Positions 29,464 through 40,434 are shown, counted from the first letter of the stretch. The stretch is DNA of 64,000 bases from Theionarchaea archaeon (GCA_018992685.1 JACVGT010000011.1:32001-96000), one strand, 5' to 3'. Made by a program: numbers and translations. Notes: a model not told the origin generated them from the sequence alone.

Positions 29464-30705
29464 ATGGCTGATTATGATATAACGGATGAGAGTGTAGTCA
29501 AATTCCATGACTTATTCAGAGGTGAAGAGGACGAATCCATCACCGTAGGAAGGCAGGATATCGGGAAGTATGTCAGTCTCCCCAGAGATGCTGTGGAGGT
29601 CATCGATCTCCTGGATTCAGGACAGAAGGTTGGGGAAGTCAAAAGAGTCCTGAAGGACAAATATGGAGAAGACGTGGAAATCGAAGAGTTCATTGAAGAC
29701 ATGATTAAGAACGAAATGGTGAGGTCAATAGATGGATTCGAGATGGTCACGACGTCAAAACTACAAAAAGACCTTTTCAGTAGAGTAACTGCTCGCCATG
29801 TGGGGTGGATGTTCTCGAAGGTAGCATGGGTCATGTATATTGGCATGGCTATCTCATGTCTCATCATTTTTGCCCTTATTCCTGATTATATTCCATCTCC
29901 ACGTGATTATTTCTTCCATCCGTTGTATTCTGTGGCTGTTGGCTTCATGTTTTTCCTTGGATGGATTTTTGTGGCTATTCACGAACTGGCGCATTTGTTT
30001 GCGGCAAAATCTGTGGGAATTGAAGGGAATTTCAGTTTGAGCAATCGGTTGATCTTCATCGTGGCGCAGACAAACCTGGGCAATATCTGGACCATCCCGC
30101 GCAGAAGACGATTTGTCATCTATCTTGCCGGCATGGCGTGGGATTCAACATTGGTATTCATCTGTCTAGTACTGCTCTTCTTGTCTGATCATGGAGTGAT
30201 AACGCTCTCAGTCCTCTTGTACAAGTTCGTGAAAGCAGTGATTTTTGCCAAGGTGTGGACAATAATCTGGCAGTTTAGATTCAACATGCAGACCGATATC
30301 TACTACTCCATTGCCAACTACTTCAGGTGCCGAAATTTATTGGGCGATGCTCAGACCTACATAAAGAATTACAGTTCCAGATTCTATTCCCGAATAAAAG
30401 AGGCCGACATGAGCGGCATACCGGGAGATGAAATGAGAGTAATCAAGTGGTATGCTCTTCTCTACTTCGTTGGCACATCCATAACATTGGCCAGCTACTT
30501 TCTGAGAAATTTGCCCCTTGTCCTGCTCCAGATAATGAAAGCATTTGATGGACTCGTGATAGGCTACTCAGCAAGCCATGCAGATTTCACTGACGCAGTG
30601 GTGCTCATAGTCTTGAATGCCTTCAGATACGGACTCTTAGGATTCGTTATTTTGAGACCAAGATGGAATTGGCTGAAGGAGCGGTTTGCGGGTGCAAGAG
30701 CTTGA
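29464..30705 (+). CDS. RRE-fused intramembrane Zn-metalloprotease (M50/site-2-protease-like), putative leader peptidase
   Basis: Soluble N-terminal PqqD-like segment (VIDLLDSGQKVGEV...IEEFIEDM); TM-embedded HELAH; YLAG; FNMQTDIY in place of NxxPxxxxDG. Confidence 0.8.
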   Translation: MADYDITDESVVKFHDLFRGEEDESITVGRQDIGKYVSLPRDAVEVIDLLDSGQKVGEVKRVLKDKYGEDVEIEEFIEDMIKNEMVRSIDGFEMVTTSKLQKDLFSRVTARHVGWMFSKVAWVMYIGMAISCLIIFALIPDYIPSPRDYFFHPLYSVAVGFMFFLGWIFVAIHELAHLFAAKSVGIEGNFSLSNRLIFIVAQTNLGNIWTIPRRRRFVIYLAGMAWDSTLVFICLVLLFLSDHGVITLSVLLYKFVKAVIFAKVWTIIWQFRFNMQTDIYYSIANYFRCRNLLGDAQTYIKNYSSRFYSRIKEADMSGIPGDEMRVIKWYALLYFVGTSITLASYFLRNLPLVLLQIMKAFDGLVIGYSASHADFTDAVVLIVLNAFRYGLLGFVILRPRWNWLKERFAGARA

Positions 30706-30989
30706 AAATCTATACTGCTTTGCCAATACCGGCATTTATATCTTCTTTCGGTCACTGGGTGAGCATAGGTTCTTGATGAGCCTGAAAGCTTGACTCTCAT
30801 TCGATGTTAATCTTCGAGAGGTTCCGCACAAGAAGGAGTGGAATCCTGCTGTCTGCGAGGTGACGCTGTGAAATCTCTGGAATATTCAACCTTTTTGCGT
30901 ATTCCTAATCAGGTCAAGTGTCCAGCAATTAAACCCAAATGCTTATAAGTAGATTGTAGTTTCCTAGAACTGAGTAATAGGTGACTCCC

Positions 30990-31478
30990 ATGAATAGCAG
31001 GCTATTAACCTACATTGCAGTGTTCGGCGCACTGGGCGCTGCCCTTGGATGGATTTCCATTCCAGTAGGACCAACCAAAGTGTTTCCGCTGCAGCATACC
31101 ATAAACGCTGTATCCGGAATACTGATGGGACCGTGGGCTGTCATATCTTCTCTCATTGCAGCCACTGTCAGATTCTCAACCGGAACAGGGAGTATCTATG
31201 CATTCCCTGGAAGCCCTTTTGGGGCTTTGGTAGTCTCCTTGTTGTACAGACTTACAAAGAAAGATCTAGCAGCTCTGACTGAACCCTTGGGAACTGTGGG
31301 GATTGGTGCAACCCTGAGTGCGTTACTCATCGCTCCTTTCATCACAGAGAGTGCGCCCACTCTTTGGTTCTTTTGGACTGCCTTTGCAGCAAGCTGCATT
31401 CCCGGAGCTGTCCTGGGCTACTTCATCCTGAAAATTCTGAGGAGGTCGAATGTGGAGCTTTACAGACCTGGAGAATAA
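30990..31478 (+). CDS. thiW: ECF S-component ThiW (thiazole transporter)
   Basis: FPLQHTINAVSGILMGPW, GTGSIYAFPGS, EPLGT.GIG. Confidence 0.9.
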   Translation: MNSRLLTYIAVFGALGAALGWISIPVGPTKVFPLQHTINAVSGILMGPWAVISSLIAATVRFSTGTGSIYAFPGSPFGALVVSLLYRLTKKDLAALTEPLGTVGIGATLSALLIAPFITESAPTLWFFWTAFAASCIPGAVLGYFILKILRRSNVELYRPGE

Positions 31479-31965
31479 GAAGACTCTTATCACTGGTGAG
31501 GTCCATACGGGGAAAACCTACCTAACCCAGACTCTGCTACAGGAAGCTGAATCCCTAACCAGGGATATAGCCGTCATTGATATGGCTCCGGAACCCACCA
31601 AAGGGGTGGGGGGAAAGCTTCATCCAACGTCATCCGAGACAGAATACTACACAACAGAAATACTAACACCCAGACTCTCAGGGAAAACTGCTCAAGAAGT
31701 CATTCAGCTAGCAGAAACTAACAAGGAACGAATAGATGTCCTTTTTCAGAATTACATCCCGCGTGCCATTCTGTTCATCAACGACGTTTCTATCTATCTC
31801 CAGAGAGGAAGTGTCAGAACTGTTCTTCACACTATATCTTCCTCACGAACTGTCATCATGAATGGGTATCTGGGCACAAGCCTGGGAGAAGACCCATTTT
31901 CTCAGAAGGAGAGAGAATCCATGCTCAATTTACAGAAATCTTGTGATATACTAATCAGGAGGTGA
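31450..31965 (+). CDS. Small P-loop protein of unknown function
   Basis: LITGEVHTGKT Walker A; LFIND Walker-B-like; overlaps the thiW stop. Confidence 0.75.
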   Translation: MWSFTDLENKKTLITGEVHTGKTYLTQTLLQEAESLTRDIAVIDMAPEPTKGVGGKLHPTSSETEYYTTEILTPRLSGKTAQEVIQLAETNKERIDVLFQNYIPRAILFINDVSIYLQRGSVRTVLHTISSSRTVIMNGYLGTSLGEDPFSQKERESMLNLQKSCDILIRR

Positions 31966-31969
31966 TCTT

Positions 31970-33172
31970 ATGGAAAGAATATCTGCACAGGAGAGAAATT
32001 TCACAGGGCTCGACTTTTTCCTCTTGTGGGGTGGAGCTGGTGTATCTCTGGCTGAAATACTGGCAGGGGGGATACTGGCCCCTCTCGGAGTGGTCACAGG
32101 TGTACTGGTAATCCTTTGTGGTCACATCATTGGAAATACACCGTTGGCTCTCGGTGGAATCATCGGTTCAGAAGAAGGAGTCCCTACAATGGTTTCCACT
32201 CGACCTGCTTTCGGTGTAAAGGGGAGCTACTTGGCTGCTGTGCTCAACATTATCCAGTTGATTGGATGGACAGCTATCATGCTTATAATCTGTGGGGAAG
32301 CAGCCAACACGGTCATGGAAAGCTTTACTGGAGAGTCACACCTATCTGTATTGATCCTCATTTCTGGCATAGTCACTACTGCTTGGGCCCTCGTGGGCCA
32401 CAAGAGCTGGAAGTGGCTGCAACGGATATCTGTCAGTGCGTTACTTATTCTCTGTGTGATCATGACCTATGCTGTTTTCAGACAGGGGGTACCTGAAGCA
32501 CCATCGACACACGAACTGTCTGGTGCTCTAGCTTTGGATCTGGTGATTGCCATGCCCATATCCTGGCTTCCCTTGGTATCAGACTATTCCAGATATGCAA
32601 AGAGTACCAGACCTGCCTTTGCTGGCACCTGGATCGGGTACTTCATCATATCCAGCTGGATGTACGTCCTGGGGTTAGGGGCTGCCATCTACACAGGAAA
32701 TGCAGAACCAGTGCCCATGATGCTGGCATTAGGACTGGGTATTCCTGCGTTACTCATCGTGTTCCTATCCACCTTTACTACGACGTTTCTGGATGTGTAT
32801 TCTACTGCTGTCTCTGCTTTGAATATATCGGAGAACCTCGGTGAGAGAAAAGGTGTTATCATCGGTGGTATCCTGGGGACTGCTCTGGCTCTGGTATTTC
32901 CCATGGCTCGATACGAGTCGTTTCTCTTGTTGATCGGGTCCATGTTCTGCCCCTTGTTTGGCGTGGTGCTCACAGACTACTTTGTCATCAGGAAGACCTA
33001 CCGAGATGATTCGCTCTTTACGGAACGAGCTATCAACTGGATGGCAATTGCAGCCTGGGCTATCGGAGCCGTGGTTTACCAGGTACTGATACATTTAAAT
33101 GTGGGTAGTTCAATACCCAGTATGGTAGTAGCGGCAGCAATCTACTATGGATTGATGAAGGTGAACCCATGA
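31970..33172 (+). CDS. cytX: NCS1-family putative hydroxymethylpyrimidine transporter CytX
   Basis: [37 protein letters not shown]; thi operon context. Confidence 0.85.
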   Translation: MERISAQERNFTGLDFFLLWGGAGVSLAEILAGGILAPLGVVTGVLVILCGHIIGNTPLALGGIIGSEEGVPTMVSTRPAFGVKGSYLAAVLNIIQLIGWTAIMLIICGEAANTVMESFTGESHLSVLILISGIVTTAWALVGHKSWKWLQRISVSALLILCVIMTYAVFRQGVPEAPSTHELSGALALDLVIAMPISWLPLVSDYSRYAKSTRPAFAGTWIGYFIISSWMYVLGLGAAIYTGNAEPVPMMLALGLGIPALLIVFLSTFTTTFLDVYSTAVSALNISENLGERKGVIIGGILGTALALVFPMARYESFLLLIGSMFCPLFGVVLTDYFVIRKTYRDDSLFTERAINWMAIAAWAIGAVVYQVLIHLNVGSSIPSMVVAAAIYYGLMKVNP

Positions 33173-34500
33173 AGGTCGCTCTGACCATTGCAGGATCTGA
33201 TTCAGGTGGCGGTGCAGGGATACAGGCTGATTTGAAGACCTTTGCCGCCTTCAAGGTGTATGGGACCAGTGTCATAACGTCGGTGACAGCTCAGAATACG
33301 GTAGGTGTTTTGGGCATACATGATATGCCTGCTGAATTTGTGGGTGCTCAGATGGATGCAGTTCTGACAGATATCGCGGTCGATGCTTGTAAAACAGGGA
33401 TGCTGTCTAATGCTGACATTATCAAGGTGGTTGCTGAAAGGCTGGAGAAATACAACATGGAGAAGTATGTACTGGACCCTGTCATGGTGGCCAAGAGTGG
33501 AGATGCCTTGCTGCAGCAGGATGCAGTCTCCTCTCTCATTCGGTTCCTGATCCCCAGAAGTCATGTCATAACACCCAACATGGACGAAGCTTCACTGATC
33601 ACAGGGATGTCTATACAGACTGTGGACGACATGAAGGATGCCGCTCTAAAGATCAAAGAGATGGGTGCTCGCGCTGTGGTGGTGAAGGGTGGCCATCTGA
33701 AAGGAGATGCTGTTGATGTCTTTTGTGGAAAAGACATAGAGTTATTGAGCTCAGAGAGGATTGATACTCGCAATACGCACGGAACAGGGTGTACCTTCTC
33801 TTCAGCTATTGCAGCAGGGTTAGCCAGGGGAGATGATTCCCTTACGGCTGTGAAGAGAGCAAAACAGTACATTACCGATGCCATCAGGTATTCATTCCCC
33901 ATAGGGGAGGGACATGGACCTACTAACCATTTTGCTGTATTATACAGGGAAGCAGAGAAGTTTTCGATTGTGAATCAGTTGAGAGAGGGATTCAACCTGG
34001 CTAAATCTTCCGAGATTGCAGATGTCATACCTGAGGTGCAGTCAAACTTGGTGATGGCCCTGTCTGATGCAGATTCTGTTGAGGATGTGGCAGGATTTCC
34101 AGGGAGAATCGTACGATACAAAGAGACTGTAGAAACAGTTGGATGTCCTGAGTTTGGAGCTTCATCACATATGGCGCGAGTGGTCTTGGCAGTCATGACG
34201 TATGATCCTACCATTCGATCTGCCATGAACATTCGTTATGGAGACGATGTCGTGGAAGCAGCTGAAAGAGCAGGGTATACTCTGGGGAAGTTCTCCAGAG
34301 AGGACGAACCACAGCAAATCAGAGAAAAGGAAGGATCTACCTTGGACTGGGGAACCATCACGGCAATACAGGAGTTGGGAAAACCTCCAGATATAATCTA
34401 TGATCTGGGTGGAATTTCTAGGGAAGCCATGATGCGGGTGCTGGGGAAGAACCCATTGGATGTGGTTCAAAAGGTGATAAAAATATCACAGGGTTTGTAA
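33169..34500 (+). CDS. thiDN: Bifunctional HMP/HMP-P kinase and thiamine-phosphate synthase (ThiD-ThiN)
   Basis: [26 protein letters not shown]; C-terminal [24 protein letters not shown] ThiN motifs. Confidence 0.95.
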   Translation: MKVALTIAGSDSGGGAGIQADLKTFAAFKVYGTSVITSVTAQNTVGVLGIHDMPAEFVGAQMDAVLTDIAVDACKTGMLSNADIIKVVAERLEKYNMEKYVLDPVMVAKSGDALLQQDAVSSLIRFLIPRSHVITPNMDEASLITGMSIQTVDDMKDAALKIKEMGARAVVVKGGHLKGDAVDVFCGKDIELLSSERIDTRNTHGTGCTFSSAIAAGLARGDDSLTAVKRAKQYITDAIRYSFPIGEGHGPTNHFAVLYREAEKFSIVNQLREGFNLAKSSEIADVIPEVQSNLVMALSDADSVEDVAGFPGRIVRYKETVETVGCPEFGASSHMARVVLAVMTYDPTIRSAMNIRYGDDVVEAAERAGYTLGKFSREDEPQQIREKEGSTLDWGTITAIQELGKPPDIIYDLGGISREAMMRVLGKNPLDVVQKVIKISQGL

Positions 34501-34742
34501 GAAGGACGTTCCTGCGTTCTTTTCCCTATTCTCTTCTGGATTTTGTATTTCTATTTTGATCTCACTGTGAGCTGGGTCATGAATGTGGACGGGACTAATC
34601 AGGAGAACGTGTTGGTACTACGTATTGCCCGTCAAGGAAATTCATGCGTGGAACATCAAGAGGTGCATGAAACCCCTGGGGTTCACACCCATGACCAGAG
34701 AATATGGGTAAATGAGAAAGAGAAAAAAATGAGAAAGAAATG

Positions 34743-36107
34743 CTACCAGTACATGCGCACTGTGTAGGTCAGAGTGACCTCACCATCTGCAGCAACTGCT
34801 ACATACCATACTGCAGAGTAGGCATCTTCCTGCTTCCAGTCAAGAGAGGATTCAGTAATCCTCCACTCTCCCCAGAAGTGATCCAGAACAGTGACAGTGA
34901 TGTCTTCGGTCTTGTGATTTCTCAGAGACACCTCATAACTGATCTCTGCCCCACGGGTTCCCAGTTGATTGTACTTGGTCTGCTTCTTCTCTACCACCAC
35001 ATCAAAGGCATCTCCCACGTAGATGCGCACCTTTTCATCTTTTGGTGTGTGGTCAATGGAATCCTCTCCGATAAACTGTAGCTGTCCTTCAGAATCTTTC
35101 TTGTACACTCTGACAATCCCTGCAGGAAGGGGCATCCCCATGTTGTTCTCCGCAGTGTTCTCAAAGACCAGCATGACTTTCACTGCTCCAGCGTTCTGCT
35201 GGTATCCGTATGTATATCCTGGGTCGAACACATACTCTTTCTTCACTGATATGTTCTGCGTTTCGAACAAGGTTACCTGCTTCTGCTGGTTGTCCAGGAC
35301 GTCAGTCTTCCTGTCAAGGGTGTACATGTGGTATTCGAAGAAAGCCTCCTCCTGGAACTGGTCAGGAGCTTTGGCAGCTCCTCGTTCTTCTTCAGCATAG
35401 GCGACCGTTACCTGTGTCTGCACTCTGTGGACTTCACCTGCTATGAGTTTCAGTCGGGCATTCTTGTATGATGCACCACTGTAGTTGGTAAGGGTAACCC
35501 AGCTCATTAAGTCCAGTTCAGTATCATCACTGTTCACCACGGCCACATAGTACGCTTCCCAGTCCAGTCCTGATGTCATGTAGGAGAGCTGCATATCATG
35601 TGCACCTGCCTTCTCTGCATCCAACAGCCATTTCAGGGTGGGTTTGGTGATCAAGCCTTCAGGCAGCTCAGGAAGAGATACCTGTTCTCCTTTCACAATG
35701 TGCACCCCACTATCATTCTGAATGATCAACTCATCTCCAGAATAGCTGAGAAGAGCACCTTTCAATGTATTCCCTTCCTTGTCCAGAACGGTAATATCCT
35801 TTCCCAGGTACTTCTCGTAGATTTTTTCCTTGTTCACGAGATCAAACAGGTAGTTCTGTTCCAGGACATAGGACGCTCCCGTTAGGTCCCTGATGGACAC
35901 TGACGTGGGATCAATGAGTTTTGCGACATCCTGAATCATCACCGTGTTCAACCCCTCCTCCAGGTCGATAGTCCGTACGTCTTTGACTACTCCAAAGTTC
36001 TGGTTGTAGACTGTGATCTCCAATGATGACTGAGCATCTCCGGATACCAGAGTACTGGCCAAGATTACTGCTATTACTCCTGTAATGAGAATGATTCTTT
36101 CTTTCAT
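34743..36107 (-). CDS. Secreted DUF4139/DUF4140-domain protein
   Basis: Signal peptide; ITVYNQNFGVVKD, LSYMTSGLDW..Y, PLPAG.VRVY, FIGEDSIDHTP. Confidence 0.8.
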   Translation of the reverse strand: MKERIILITGVIAVILASTLVSGDAQSSLEITVYNQNFGVVKDVRTIDLEEGLNTVMIQDVAKLIDPTSVSIRDLTGASYVLEQNYLFDLVNKEKIYEKYLGKDITVLDKEGNTLKGALLSYSGDELIIQNDSGVHIVKGEQVSLPELPEGLITKPTLKWLLDAEKAGAHDMQLSYMTSGLDWEAYYVAVVNSDDTELDLMSWVTLTNYSGASYKNARLKLIAGEVHRVQTQVTVAYAEEERGAAKAPDQFQEEAFFEYHMYTLDRKTDVLDNQQKQVTLFETQNISVKKEYVFDPGYTYGYQQNAGAVKVMLVFENTAENNMGMPLPAGIVRVYKKDSEGQLQFIGEDSIDHTPKDEKVRIYVGDAFDVVVEKKQTKYNQLGTRGAEISYEVSLRNHKTEDITVTVLDHFWGEWRITESSLDWKQEDAYSAVWYVAVAADGEVTLTYTVRMYW

Positions 36108-36421
36108 GTAATCACTCCCTTTTCTTTTGGTTCAGGATATATAAGGGTTTTCATATGCTTCAAATCATCTTGAAGTTATAACTGAACTGTATTGTGTCGA
36201 AGAATCAAAGAATCAAGGAAGAAAAAGAGGACACACAACCGATCTCAAGAGGCAGCAGCCCGAAGAATCAGATTTACTGCCCGCTGTGTAGGAACAGCAT
36301 GAATCGCTTATTATTCTCAAGCGGAATTCCTAATCGAACACGGTGAAAAAAGAGACGCATGAATGACTCTTCAGGACTGACCTTCAGATTCCATTACCTT
36401 TTTCTATTACGATTTCCTATC

Positions 36422-38680
36422 ATGCTCATGCGTTCCACATGGTTCGGTATCTTCTTCATATCTGCAGGAGCCCTCCTCTTTGAAGTTTCCCTGACCAGGA
36501 TCTTTTCCGTATCCCGCTGGTATCATTTTGCATTCATGGTAGTAAGCATCGCTTTGCTGGGATTTGCTGCCAGTGGTTCTCTGCTGAATCTCTATCCCAC
36601 CCTCAAGAGGAACAGGAATGCTCCCTTTATCTTATCCGTACTATTTTCTCTTTCTGTGGTGGTAAGTTTCTATGTGTCAGACAAGGTTGAAATGGATCCT
36701 TACAGGATCATGCTGGACCCCCTCCGTATCTCATACATCAGCATCTACTACGTGGTGCTGTCACTGCCATTCCTGATGGCGGGCTTGGTTATCAGCCTGT
36801 ATTTATCCACGCATTCTCAGAATGCAGGACAGATCTATGGGTTCAACCTGGCAGGCTCTGCAGCAGGGTGTTTACTGATTTTTGCCTTTTCTGCTGCAGG
36901 CTCAAACATCATCCTGGTAAGTTCTGTACTCGGTGCTGTGGGTTCCCTTTTCTTTGCCAGGAACGTCCAGAAACTTGCCTCACTTCTCGTCATTATTGCG
37001 TTGATTGGTTTACCCGGATCCCTGTTTGAGATCACCATGTCTCCGTACAAGTCGTTGTCCCTGGCTCTGAACTATCCCGAAGCCAGAATTCTGGATACAG
37101 AATGGAATGCAGTCTCCAGAGTGGATGTGGTGGAAAGCCCTTTGCGTCAGGCACCCGGACTCTCTCTGAAGTATGGTGAAGGGCTGGAACCAGCCCTGGG
37201 GACAACCATAGATGGAGATTCCATGTCTTCATTGTCAGAACCGGGTGCATTCGTAGAATATCTCCCCACTGCGGCAGCATACCTGAAAGGCCCCAATACA
37301 ATCCTCATTATTAACCCCCAGGGGGTGGATATCGCTGCGGCCAAGTATTTCAGTGCAGACATCACAGCAGCAGAAGGAAATCCGTTGCCCGTGAGAGCAA
37401 TACAACGATTCAGCAGCCTCTACGATGGCGTGACTGTCATACATGAGAACGGAAGAACGTATCTAGCTTCCACTGATGAACTGTTTGATATAATTCAGAT
37501 CTCCCTATCAGAGAGCATATTTGCCAGCTCTGTTGGGCTGTATGGGTTTAATGAGAGCTATTCCTTCACGGTGGAAGCATTTGAAGAATACTATGCTCAT
37601 TTGACTGAAGAGGGTATGGTGGTCATCACGCGGTGGCTGGTGATTCCTCCTCGAGAATTGCCCAAAGTGATCTCGCTCGTCATAGACACAGTACCTGAAC
37701 CTGAAACCCATCTTGCGGTATTCAGATCGTACTCCACTGTCACAGTACTGGTGAAGAAGACCCCCTTCGCTGAGTATGATGTAGACGGTCTTGCAGCATT
37801 TTGTAGGGATAGAGGATTTGACATGGTGTGGGCACCAGGAATTACTGCAGATGAGGTAAATGTGTATAACCGATTTCCTGAACCATACTTCTATCAGCTA
37901 ACCAAAGAACAACTCGATAACAACGCACAGGTGAAAAAGGACTATCTTTTTGCAGTTGAATCTCCCACTGATGATTCTCCTTTCTTCTTCAATTTCTTTC
38001 AGTGGAGAAAAGTGAACCAGGTAGTGGACTCTCTACAAGGGAAGTGGCAGCCCTTGTTTGAGGGAGGGTTCATGGCTGTGGCCATACTGGGACAGGCTGG
38101 CATCTTGTCTCTGGCCCTGGTTTTCATTCCGGCAAAAAGAGTCGCCTTTTCCCGGTTTACGCTGAGGTACTTTGGGTTAATTGGACTGGGCTTTATGTTC
38201 GTAGAGATCTCGCTCATGCAGCAGTTGATTCTCTTTCTGGGACAGCCGGTGTTCTCTGTCGCTATCGTCTTGTCCTGCATCTTGTTGTTTTCTGGATTGG
38301 GAAGCGTTGTGTCAGGGAGAATCGGGTGGAACAGGGGGTTTGTGGGGCTCTTGGGACTCCTGGCCGTTTTTGCTGTTGGGCTGTCAGCGGGCATTCATGA
38401 GCTGCTGGGAGTCTCCATGGGTTGGAAGATACTCATGACTGTGGGAATTCTGGGGCCTCTTTCTGTCTGCATGGGGATTCCGTTTCCTACAGGCATTGTC
38501 ACCGTTGGCGAGAACCAGGTTCCCTCAGCCTGGTGCATCAATGGATGCGCTTCTGTGTGTGGTTCAGTTCTGGCAATCATTGTGGCTCTGTCATTCGGGT
38601 TCCAGATAGTCTTGGCGTGTGGGGGAGTGTGCTACTTTTTCGCTTTCCTAGTACGGATGATACAGAAGGGCCAGACTTAG
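36422..38680 (+). CDS. Membrane protein fused to spermidine-synthase-like SAM-methyltransferase domain
   Basis: FEVSLTRIFS TM block, WNAVSRVDV, GRTYL..FDIIQIS, FTVEAF, PTDDSPFF, GFMFVEI, AWCING. Confidence 0.8.
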   Translation: MLMRSTWFGIFFISAGALLFEVSLTRIFSVSRWYHFAFMVVSIALLGFAASGSLLNLYPTLKRNRNAPFILSVLFSLSVVVSFYVSDKVEMDPYRIMLDPLRISYISIYYVVLSLPFLMAGLVISLYLSTHSQNAGQIYGFNLAGSAAGCLLIFAFSAAGSNIILVSSVLGAVGSLFFARNVQKLASLLVIIALIGLPGSLFEITMSPYKSLSLALNYPEARILDTEWNAVSRVDVVESPLRQAPGLSLKYGEGLEPALGTTIDGDSMSSLSEPGAFVEYLPTAAAYLKGPNTILIINPQGVDIAAAKYFSADITAAEGNPLPVRAIQRFSSLYDGVTVIHENGRTYLASTDELFDIIQISLSESIFASSVGLYGFNESYSFTVEAFEEYYAHLTEEGMVVITRWLVIPPRELPKVISLVIDTVPEPETHLAVFRSYSTVTVLVKKTPFAEYDVDGLAAFCRDRGFDMVWAPGITADEVNVYNRFPEPYFYQLTKEQLDNNAQVKKDYLFAVESPTDDSPFFFNFFQWRKVNQVVDSLQGKWQPLFEGGFMAVAILGQAGILSLALVFIPAKRVAFSRFTLRYFGLIGLGFMFVEISLMQQLILFLGQPVFSVAIVLSCILLFSGLGSVVSGRIGWNRGFVGLLGLLAVFAVGLSAGIHELLGVSMGWKILMTVGILGPLSVCMGIPFPTGIVTVGENQVPSAWCINGCASVCGSVLAIIVALSFGFQIVLACGGVCYFFAFLVRMIQKGQT

Positions 38681-38833
38681 AATGTGCCAGAATGGGTTCC
38701 GTTCATGCAGTTTTCCGGATATGTCGTTTCGGTTTTGAGACCAGAAACAGCATGTCATAGCAGCAGCGTACCCGGGGCCTCTTGGCTCGCATCCAGCCAA
38801 AACCTTTTTCTGCCTCTACAATCAGGAACCCCC

Positions 38834-39310
38834 ATGAGAGAAGCCATCGAAACTGGACTGAGCTTTGGACTGACCTCTGGGATCATAACTACCCTGGGGC
38901 TGATGGTTGGACTGCACTCAGGTACTGGATCAGAGGCTGCTGTCATAGGAGGGATCTTGACCATTGCCATTGCAGATGCATTCTCTGACGCTCTGGGCAT
39001 TCACATGTCTGAAGAGACAGAAGGCGACCATACATCTCTTGAAATTTGGGAGGCAACTGTTTCCACGTTTACTTTCAAGTTCTTGTTTGCATCAACGTTC
39101 GTTGTCCCTGTCCTGCTGCTGGAGCTTTCCACAGCAGTTGAAGTCAGTGTTGCATATGGACTGCTCTTGCTGACGCTCCTGAATTTCAGGCTGGCTCGGA
39201 ATCAGAAGATCAGCCCTCTGAAGCCGATTGTGGAGCACTTGACCATAGCCCTGGTGGTGGTTGTACTCACTCACTTTGTGGGAGACTGGATATCTGGGTT
39301 CCTTGGCTGA
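38834..39310 (+). CDS. VIT1/CCC1-like small membrane protein
   Basis: SFGLTSGIITTLGL, AIADAFSDALGIHMSEE; ATG 38834 preferred over the longer ORF-track start. Confidence 0.75.
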   Translation: MREAIETGLSFGLTSGIITTLGLMVGLHSGTGSEAAVIGGILTIAIADAFSDALGIHMSEETEGDHTSLEIWEATVSTFTFKFLFASTFVVPVLLLELSTAVEVSVAYGLLLLTLLNFRLARNQKISPLKPIVEHLTIALVVVVLTHFVGDWISGFLG

Positions 39311-39411
39311 TCAACGATCACGTGGCCTGTGGGCTTTGCGAGAGATCAGAGACCGCGTGACCTCACCCGTGATGTGGCAACGTTTAAGTAATAGAAAGTA
39401 ATTCCCGGTAC

Positions 39412-40434
39412 ATGACTGATGAAGAACCAGGAGAGACTATTCCAAAATTGGATTCAATAGAATTCTGGTACGTAAATGTGAAGATTTCTATCCTCAGAGC
39501 TGCTCTTGAACTCCACGTATGGGACAAGATAGCCGAGGGCACTACCAATGTAAAGCATATGGCTTCAGAGGAAAAGTGGGATCCTGTTGGTACAACCGTA
39601 CTCCTCGATGCGCTTTGTGGCATGGGGCTGCTTGACAAGAATTCAAAAGGATATTGCCTGACTCCTCTCTCAGATTTCTATCTCGTCAGAACGAGATCTA
39701 CCTATATGGGTGATGTGAGAATGGCACAACTCACGTGGGAGCATCAGGGACGTCTCGCAGACGCCATAAGAAAAGGAAAGAGACCAATAGTGAAAAAATG
39801 GACAGATTCTGAAATGGGAGGAGTATGGGCAGGTCATTCAATTCCCTTTCGTCTTTTTCCAAATCACTACATGGAATACTATGAGACCCTCTGGCAAACG
39901 TTGGGATTTGAAAAAACCCAGACCATGAAGGTACTGGATGTTGCCTGTGGTCCTGCAGCTGAGACTCTGTGCCTCGCTCTTCAAAATCCTTCATCCAAGA
40001 TTACACTTCAGGACTGGCCCAAGGTAGTTGAAGAAGGAGCTCGAATTGCAGACAAATTTGGTGTTGGACCTCAGGTGTCATACGTGCCAGGTGACTGGGA
40101 ATTGGTGGACTTTGGTAGAGACTATGATGTTGTGGTCATGGGGAGTATCGCCCACTTTTACGGTCCTGACGGCGTAGCAAAACTCTTTTCAAAGGCAAGG
40201 GAAGCACTCCGGCTAGGAGGAACTGTCATAGTCAGCGGTCCTTTGCCTGATGAATCCCGATGCAGAGAAGAATTCCCGCTTGTTTCTGCAGTGTGGGTCT
40301 ACGCTACCAGTGAAGAAGGAGCTATGTATACATTCTCAGAGTACAAGGAGTTCTTGGAAAGTGCACAGTTTGAGAACGTAGAATTGCTTGAATACAAGGG
40401 AAACAAGTACATACGAGCACGAAGCCCTCAATGA
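39412..40434 (+). CDS. Class I SAM-dependent (O-)methyltransferase with dimerisation domain
   Basis: LRAALELHVWD wHTH; VLDVACGPA; QDWP; GD..DFG..YDVV. Confidence 0.85.
   Translation: MTDEEPGETIPKLDSIEFWYVNVKISILRAALELHVWDKIAEGTTNVKHMASEEKWDPVGTTVLLDALCGMGLLDKNSKGYCLTPLSDFYLVRTRSTYMGDVRMAQLTWEHQGRLADAIRKGKRPIVKKWTDSEMGGVWAGHSIPFRLFPNHYMEYYETLWQTLGFEKTQTMKVLDVACGPAAETLCLALQNPSSKITLQDWPKVVEEGARIADKFGVGPQVSYVPGDWELVDFGRDYDVVVMGSIAHFYGPDGVAKLFSKAREALRLGGTVIVSGPLPDESRCREEFPLVSAVWVYATSEEGAMYTFSEYKEFLESAQFENVELLEYKGNKYIRARSPQ

Noticed and set aside
30706-30989. TPP riboswitch upstream of the thi operon
   Set aside because: No CUGAGA...ACCUGAU...AGCGU-type core found; a TATA box (CTTATAAG, about 30942) lies close to the start, leaving no room for an aptamer
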